Shown here: positions 59,121-64,000 of the stretch, one piece after another
Layout of the letters: every line of letters begins with the position of its first letter
How positions within the stretch are numbered: position 1 is the stretch's first letter
Origin: Acutalibacter sp.
GTDB taxonomy: Bacteria; Bacillota; Clostridia; Oscillospirales; Acutalibacteraceae
Direction: 5' to 3'
Length of the DNA stretch: 64,000 bases
Assembly: GCA_020025775.1 (NCBI GenBank)
Contig: JAHHRN010000006.1
Span: 55,475 to 119,474 of the forward strand
Made by a program: the position numbers and the translations under genes
The notes under the pieces: generated by a model
Told to the model about the DNA's origin: nothing
What the model saw: only the letters and a program-made list of their open reading frames with translations
The model's database searches: none

Positions 59121-60071
59121 TTATATTTCGTTCATTTCCCAAAGCAGATTTAAAAACAGTTCTGTGTTTTCTTCGCTGTATTCAATCTCTGAAGAAAAGA
59201 GACGCACAGTTTCTGCAAATGTTGCAAAGTTGGCTGTTCCCTTTTGCGCGCGGCTCTTTAAAATCATCGAAAGAATTTCGCACCAAAGTATCGCAAAGCC
59301 AAGATAAGCTTTCAGTTCTCTCTCATCCTGTGCGTGGGGCAAATGACGATAGATAAGATAAAAGAGGATTTGCTCCAGTGGAATCTCAAAAGCGTCTAAT
59401 TTCGGCACGGATGCCGTTTTTTCATAATGTGCAAGGTAAGAGAGTTCTTCTTCCCAGCTAGGTTCCAGACGTTCGCAGTGAAAAAGAATCTTTGCCCATT
59501 CCTGCGGTGTTCTTTGCGGAAGTTTAATTTGAAACTTCGAAAGCAGAATTTGCATTCTTTCCTCTACCGTTCGGCTTCTGTCCTGCACGATGGAGAAGGC
59601 TTTCTCCCGCGCCGAAAGAAGTATTTGCTCAAACGGCTCGAGTGGTTCATCCGCACCGTCTGTTTCTAAGGTCAACAGCTTCGCAGGCTTCGGATTTTGA
59701 AGCACCAGGCGTACCGCCTCTTCACAGCAAAGCCCAAGGCCAAGCTCCACACGGTCGCTCCAAAAATTCCGAAAGCGCGGGTGATCCCGGCAGATTTGGC
59801 AAAGGGAATCCGCCCCGAGATTTAAAATCATATCGCAGAGATTCTGTTCGTTTAAAAACGGACAGCGTTCGTCCTTCGTCAAGCGAAAATGTGGACACTC
59901 GCCCGGCTCTATGGCATTTTTCAGTCGCGCGCCAAATTCGCCCTCGACCGTTTGATATGCGGCATAGCTTTGTGCGTCCACATCAATTTCCCAGCCGACG
60001 CAGCAACTATGCTGACACTTGTCTGCAATGCAGTGAAACCGTGGATAAATATCCGGTACAACCGTTTTCAA
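59121..60071 (-). CDS. FliB-family Cys-rich protein (annotated in databases as flagellin lysine-N-methylase-like)
   Basis: MKTVVPDIYPRFHCIADKCQHSCCVGWEIDVD...CPFLNEQNLCDM...CRDHPRF, the characteristic CxxCxxCC-type pattern. Confidence 0.6.
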   Translation of the reverse strand: MKTVVPDIYPRFHCIADKCQHSCCVGWEIDVDAQSYAAYQTVEGEFGARLKNAIEPGECPHFRLTKDERCPFLNEQNLCDMILNLGADSLCQICRDHPRFRNFWSDRVELGLGLCCEEAVRLVLQNPKPAKLLTLETDGADEPLEPFEQILLSAREKAFSIVQDRSRTVEERMQILLSKFQIKLPQRTPQEWAKILFHCERLEPSWEEELSYLAHYEKTASVPKLDAFEIPLEQILFYLIYRHLPHAQDERELKAYLGFAILWCEILSMILKSRAQKGTANFATFAETVRLFSSEIEYSEENTELFLNLLWEMNEI

Positions 60072-60240
60072 CGTTCTCGCCCCCTTTCATTCACTCTGCC
60101 TATTTTACCACATTGTTTGTGGAATGGGTAGATTTAAGTTTGCGTTATGTAAAAAAAACAAAATTCCAACGTAAAATGCGTCCGCGCTCTTTTTGATTTG
60201 TCCAAAATGGATGTAAATTGTTGCGCGTGTAGAAAAGCAC

Positions 60241-60285
60241 AAAAAAGAAGAGAACCCAAACGCGAATTACGTGTCGAGGTTCTCT
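60241..60285 (-). terminator. Second terminator-like hairpin downstream of tRNA-Leu
   Basis: Minus strand reads AGAGAACC-loop-GGTTCTCT followed by TCTTTTTT. Confidence 0.45.
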
Positions 60286-60332
60286 TTGGTCTTAGATTTC
60301 CAAAATAGATACAATCGCTTTTCGAGCTGAAA

Positions 60333-60377
60333 AGATAAAAAATAACGCTAGACCTAAAACGAATTAGGTCCAGCGTT
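60333..60377 (-). terminator. Intrinsic terminator immediately after tRNA-Leu
   Basis: Minus strand reads AACGCTGGACCTAA-TTCGTT-TTAGGTCTAGCGTT followed by ATTTTTTAT. Confidence 0.75.
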
Positions 60378-60381
60378 ACGC

Positions 60382-60468
60382 TGGTGCCGGTGGCCGGGGT
60401 CGAACCGGCACGGTATCGCTACCACTGGATTTTGAGTCCAGCACGTCTGCCAATTCCATCACACCGGC
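60382..60468 (-). tRNA. tRNA-Leu (anticodon CAA), type II, CCA encoded
   Basis: Minus strand reads GCCGGTG-TG-ATGGAATTGGCAGACGT-G-CTGGA-CTCAAAA-TCCAG-(variable arm TGGTAGCGATACCGT)-GCCGG-TTCGACC-CCGGC-CACCGGC-A-CCA. Confidence 0.9.
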
Positions 60469-60490
60469 AAGTGCTTTTTAAGACTTACCT

Positions 60491-60519
60491 ATTATATCGG
60501 ATATTTTCTAAAAAATCAA
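60491..60519 (-). promoter_or_regulatory. Candidate sigma-A promoter of tRNA-Leu
   Basis: Minus strand reads TTGATT (60519-60514), a 17-nt spacer, then TATAAT (60496-60491), about 20 nt upstream of the tRNA 5' end. Confidence 0.6.
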
Positions 60520-60608
60520 GCCCTATTCGAAGATTTTCTTCTTATCTTCAAAACTTCTTATATTCTTTCGCGTTATCGCCGTAAAAAGTCGGGCTTGATT
60601 TTTCTATT

Positions 60609-60860
60609 TTATTTGCATTTATGCGCTGTAATAATTGTGTAGCTGCTTGCATTTATCGTGAATCTCATATGGTCGATTTCACAATACCAGTTTTTCCCGT
60701 TCCGATAGACACAGGCATTTTTCTTTTTGATTTTTTGCTTGCAGAAAGCAACAATATCCTTTTCCTCTACATTTAGATTTTTTCGGATTCGTTCCGCCCC
60801 AAGCGGCGTTGTATGAATAGCATCTAAGTGCTCGAGCAAAAGTTCTTTTTCAGTTTTCAT
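60609..60860 (-). CDS. DUF3781-domain protein
   Basis: 83 aa. IHTTPLGAERIRKNL...NGKNWYCEIDHMRFTINASSYTIITAHK matches the DUF3781 pattern as I remember it. Start overlaps the folC end. Confidence 0.6.
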   Translation of the reverse strand: MKTEKELLLEHLDAIHTTPLGAERIRKNLNVEEKDIVAFCKQKIKKKNACVYRNGKNWYCEIDHMRFTINASSYTIITAHKCK

Positions 60861-62124
60861 GGTTCACATCCACTTCCGACAACATATAAAACGAACCGCA
60901 AAGGAGCACTAAGCCGTCCTGTGTTGTATTCGCCCTTGCCTTTTCGTAGGCAATCTGCGGCTTTGCTTCTTCAAAAATTTGAAGATTCTCTATCCCCTTT
61001 GCCGCTTCGACAAGTTCTTTTGTTTCTGCCGCTCTCGGATTTTTGGGCTTCGTGAAATACACCTTATCGCAGTAGGGCAATACCGTGTGCAAATAAGCTT
61101 TCATATCCTTATCGTGCATCATGCCGATGACCGCCGTCACGTGCTCCGGTGCAAACCGCTTTAACAAATCGGCAAGTGCTTCGGCGCATTCGGGATTGTG
61201 GCCGCCGTCCAAAAGAAGGCTCGGTGCGCCGTTTTCTCCGTGTTTATATTCACATCTGGCACGCATCACAGTGTTTTGAATACCCGTTTTAATCTGTTCT
61301 GCCGTTACAAAGTCGAGCGTTTTTGCCGCTTCGATAACACCGACGGCGTTTTCGATTTGATAATCACCGGCTAAATGCATTTCGTAGGTTTCGCCTGCAT
61401 AGCAGAACACGGTTTTTTGAAGGCCTCTTTCGAGAATTTCCGCTTTTTCCGTCTTAGCAACAAGCAATTTGCCGTGCATTTCTTCGGCTTTTTTAGAAAG
61501 CACCGAAAGCGCTTCGGGATTTTGGCGGTTGGTGGTCACTACCGTGGCATTTTCTTTGATAATGCCTGCCTTTTCTGCGGCGATTTTTTCGATGGTATCG
61601 CCTAAAATGGCTGTGTGGTCGAGGGAAATCGAAGTGATGACCGTAACGAGCGGCGTGTCAATCACGTTGGTGGAATCCAGTCTGCCGCCGAGTCCGGTTT
61701 CGAGCACAACCACATCGCAGTTCTTTTCTTTAAACCAAAGCATAGCTGCCGCGGTAATCGCTTCAAACTCCGTGGGCTGAATGCCCTTAAGCTTAATTTC
61801 TTCTATCGCCGCCTTGACGCGTCCCACAACGGTGGCAAGCTCCGTTTCGCTAATATTCTCATTGTTGATTTGCATACGCTCGCAAAAAGAATAGACATAG
61901 GGCGAGGTAAAGAGACCCGTTTTTTTGCCGGCGGCTTTCAAAATCTCGGAAAGCATGGTCGAGGTAGAGCCCTTGCCGTTTGTGCCGGCTACGTGGATAA
62001 ATTGTAGTGCCTTGTGGGGATTGCCAAGTGCCTCCAGCAAGGCTTCAATGCGGGTCAGCCCCGGCTGAATGCCGAACGCCAACAGAGAATGAATATAGGA
62101 AACGGCTTCTTCGTATTGCATCAT
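60850..62124 (-). CDS. folC: Folylpolyglutamate synthase / dihydrofolate synthase
   Basis: FIHVAGTNGKGSTSTML (P-loop), VLETGLGGRLDSTN, LLDGGHNP. Confidence 0.9.
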   Translation of the reverse strand: MMQYEEAVSYIHSLLAFGIQPGLTRIEALLEALGNPHKALQFIHVAGTNGKGSTSTMLSEILKAAGKKTGLFTSPYVYSFCERMQINNENISETELATVVGRVKAAIEEIKLKGIQPTEFEAITAAAMLWFKEKNCDVVVLETGLGGRLDSTNVIDTPLVTVITSISLDHTAILGDTIEKIAAEKAGIIKENATVVTTNRQNPEALSVLSKKAEEMHGKLLVAKTEKAEILERGLQKTVFCYAGETYEMHLAGDYQIENAVGVIEAAKTLDFVTAEQIKTGIQNTVMRARCEYKHGENGAPSLLLDGGHNPECAEALADLLKRFAPEHVTAVIGMMHDKDMKAYLHTVLPYCDKVYFTKPKNPRAAETKELVEAAKGIENLQIFEEAKPQIAYEKARANTTQDGLVLLCGSFYMLSEVDVNHEN

Positions 62125-62133
62125 GTTTGCTCC

Positions 62134-62892
62134 TTAAATATCGGCTAAAAGCTCGACCGGGCAATGGTCAGAGCCATAAATTTCGTTGTGGATAGAGGCA
62201 TCTTTGAGCTTGTCTTTCAAGCGCTCGGAAACGATGAAATAGTCAATTCTCCATCCGGCATTCTTTTCTCTTGCGTGGAAGCGGTACGACCACCAGGAAT
62301 AAGCACCCGCGAGGTCGGGATAGAAATAGCGGAAGGTATCTATAAATCCGCTGTTTAAAAGCTCGGTCATCTTACCGCGTTCTTCGGGCGTAAAGCCTGC
62401 ATGTTTGGTATTTGTTTTGGGATTTTTAAGGTCGATTTCGTTGTGCGCCACATTGAGGTCACCGCAGTAGAGAATCGGTTTTTTCTTGTCAAGCTCCATG
62501 AGGTAGGCACGAAGCGCATCCTCCCAGCGCATACGGAAATCCAAGCGGCGAAGCTCGTCCTGTGAATTGGGCGTATAGCAGGTAATCACATAATATTCGG
62601 GATATTCGAGGGTAATGAGTCTGCCCTCGTGGTCAAATTCCTCAATGCCCATACCATAAGAAACAGACATCGGCTCTTCCTTTGCAAAAATTGCCGTACC
62701 GGAATAACCCTTCTTTTCGGCATAGTTCCAGTAGGAATGATAACCCGGGAAGCTAAGGTCGAGCTGCCCTTCTTGCATTTTGGTTTCCTGTAAGCAGAAA
62801 AAATCTGCATCCAGCTTTAAGAAATCTTCATTAAAATTTTTATTTACACAAGCACGAATACCATTTACGTTCCATGAAATCAGTTTTTTCAT
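62134..62892 (-). CDS. xth: Exodeoxyribonuclease III
   Basis: MKKLISWNVNGIRA..., FFCLQETK, CGDLNVAH, RIDYF, GSDHCPV. ATG 62892 with an AGGAGG RBS. Confidence 0.9.
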   Translation of the reverse strand: MKKLISWNVNGIRACVNKNFNEDFLKLDADFFCLQETKMQEGQLDLSFPGYHSYWNYAEKKGYSGTAIFAKEEPMSVSYGMGIEEFDHEGRLITLEYPEYYVITCYTPNSQDELRRLDFRMRWEDALRAYLMELDKKKPILYCGDLNVAHNEIDLKNPKTNTKHAGFTPEERGKMTELLNSGFIDTFRYFYPDLAGAYSWWSYRFHAREKNAGWRIDYFIVSERLKDKLKDASIHNEIYGSDHCPVELLADI

Positions 62893-63043
62893 TCGTTTGC
62901 CTCCTAAATTAAAACACAAAAATATTTTACCACGAGCCGCTGAAAAAAGCTATCCTAAATTAGAGTTTTTCGCCTTTGCTCTTTCTTTTTTGGGGGCGAT
63001 ATGGTAAACTTAAAGGCAGAATGTAAATTAAGGAGATTTTATT

Positions 63044-63832
63044 TTGAGCAGAGAAAGTATTTTTGACAAAACAAAATATTTCATTATTGATATGGACGGC
63101 ACTTTCTATTTAGACGGCAACCTCATTGACGGTGCCAACGAATTTTTAGAGGCAGTAAAAAGCCGCGGCAAGGATTTTTATTTCTTTACCAACAATTCCT
63201 CGAATAACACCGCTGTTTGCAAAGAGAAGCTTTTTAAAATGGGCTGTGATGTGCCGGAAGAGAAAATCATTATTTCTTCGCACGTAACGATTGCGTATTT
63301 GCAGAAGCACTATCCCGGCAAAACGGTTTTCCTTTTGGGCAATGCGCGTTTGACGGCAGATTTCGAGAAAGCCGGTATCCCGCTCACCGATGAAAATCCC
63401 GACATTGTGGTTTTGGGCTTTGACACTACCCTCACCTATGAGAAGCTTTGGAAGGCTTGCAATTATATCCGTAACGGTGCACTCTATATTGCGACACATC
63501 CCGACAAAAACTGCCCCACCGCAGACGGCTTCATGCCCGATACCGGCTCTATGATGGCGCTGATTGAGACTTCCACAGAGAAATCTCCGCTCGTTATGGG
63601 CAAGCCGAACAGCTTTACAGTGGAATACCTCTCTGACAAGTTAAACTGCTTGCCCGAGGAGCTTTGCTTCATCGGTGACCGCTTAGAAACCGATATTTTA
63701 ATTGGTCAAAAGCACGGTATTCCGTCGGTTCTCGTTTTAACCGGTGTCACCTCGAAGGAAGATTATGCAAAGAGCGACATCCGTGCCACGCTGGTTGCGG
63801 ATTCCTTAAAGGATTTTTCTAAAGAGATATAA
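63044..63832 (+). CDS. HAD-IIA family hydrolase (NagD/sugar-phosphatase-like)
   Basis: [11 protein letters not shown] (DxDGT), [22 protein letters not shown] start 8 nt after AAGGAG. Confidence 0.8.
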   Translation: MSRESIFDKTKYFIIDMDGTFYLDGNLIDGANEFLEAVKSRGKDFYFFTNNSSNNTAVCKEKLFKMGCDVPEEKIIISSHVTIAYLQKHYPGKTVFLLGNARLTADFEKAGIPLTDENPDIVVLGFDTTLTYEKLWKACNYIRNGALYIATHPDKNCPTADGFMPDTGSMMALIETSTEKSPLVMGKPNSFTVEYLSDKLNCLPEELCFIGDRLETDILIGQKHGIPSVLVLTGVTSKEDYAKSDIRATLVADSLKDFSKEI

Positions 63833-63849
63833 TAAAGGAGCGAAACACT

Positions 63850-64000
63850 TTGGCGAAACTCACAGAGGTTGAATTATTTACCGACGGCGCCTGCTCCGGC
63901 AACCCCGGTCCCGGCGGTTGGGGTGCGGTTCTGCGCTGTAACGGTGTGGAAAAAGAGCTTTCCGGCGGCGAAGCACACACGACCAACAACAAAATGGAAT
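63850..64000 (+). CDS. rnhA: Ribonuclease HI (N-terminal part; runs off the window end)
   Basis: Not in the ORF track. TTG 63850 (AGGAG 9 nt upstream) gives [50 protein letters not shown], the classic RNase H1 N-terminus. Confidence 0.8.
   Translation, partial: MAKLTEVELFTDGACSGNPGPGGWGAVLRCNGVEKELSGGEAHTTNNKME

Noticed and set aside
60511-60603. Perfect 13-bp inverted repeat AAAAATCAAGCCC ... GGGCTTGATTTTT separated by 67 nt, spanning the tRNA-Leu promoter region
   Set aside because: It could be a long-loop terminator for the folC-DUF3781 operon, or a coincidence of A/T runs plus the -35 TTGATT. With a 67-nt loop and no further evidence I cannot assign a function.

Overview
Chromosomal segment, roughly 50% GC by eye, from a Gram-positive anaerobe. 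It looks Clostridia-like: AGGAGG-type RBSs, sortase-type PxTG sorting signals, an LtaS-family gene and a NuoE/NuoF-type flavin electron-bifurcation module. I can support about 50 protein genes, 2 tRNAs (Ser-CGA, Leu-CAA), one cobalamin riboswitch and many intrinsic terminators. I saw no transposase, integrase, phage genes or CRISPR array.

Gene content, in order:
- A B12-riboswitch-controlled operon: a sortase-anchored alpha/alpha-toroid protein, a DUF4430 (transcobalamin-beta-like) lipoprotein, and ECF T and ATPase components.
- A three-gene NuoE/NuoF/GltD-fusion redox complex (Stn/Nfn-like transhydrogenase candidate).
- tRNA-Ser, then a MATE-like transporter.
- An 8.9-kb gene for a 2981-aa wall-anchored Ig-repeat adhesin built from five super-repeats of about 1.1-1.36 kb.
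- recQ, a nitroreductase and a short UvrA paralogue.
- A cation/proton antiporter behind a promoter-plus-terminator leader.
- A dispersed host-glycan set: nanA, an SSS transporter and yhcH; a cytoplasmic Cys-type sulfatase with a GPH symporter; GH31; a polytopic-membrane-anchored GH33 sialidase; and a domain-permuted GH3.
- A macro-domain / acidic protein / divergent deformylase / TIGR01212 radical-SAM operon.
- A lower-GC islet with a PadR operon and decayed genes.
- TetR-CDF, PRPP synthetase, QueH, an SDR, an amino-acid ABC system and a CE4 deacetylase.
- An orphan FRG-domain gene next to a small XRE regulator and an LtaS-family gene.
- A FliB-like Cys-rich protein, tRNA-Leu, DUF3781, folC, xth, a HAD-IIA hydrolase and the start of rnhA.

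The most interesting candidates are the split transcobalamin-like B12 capture module, the mosaic bifurcating complex, the super-repeat adhesin, the multi-pass-anchored sialidase and the FRG/XRE locus.

All product calls rest on motif recognition in the supplied translations and on my own reading of the DNA. No database search was possible.
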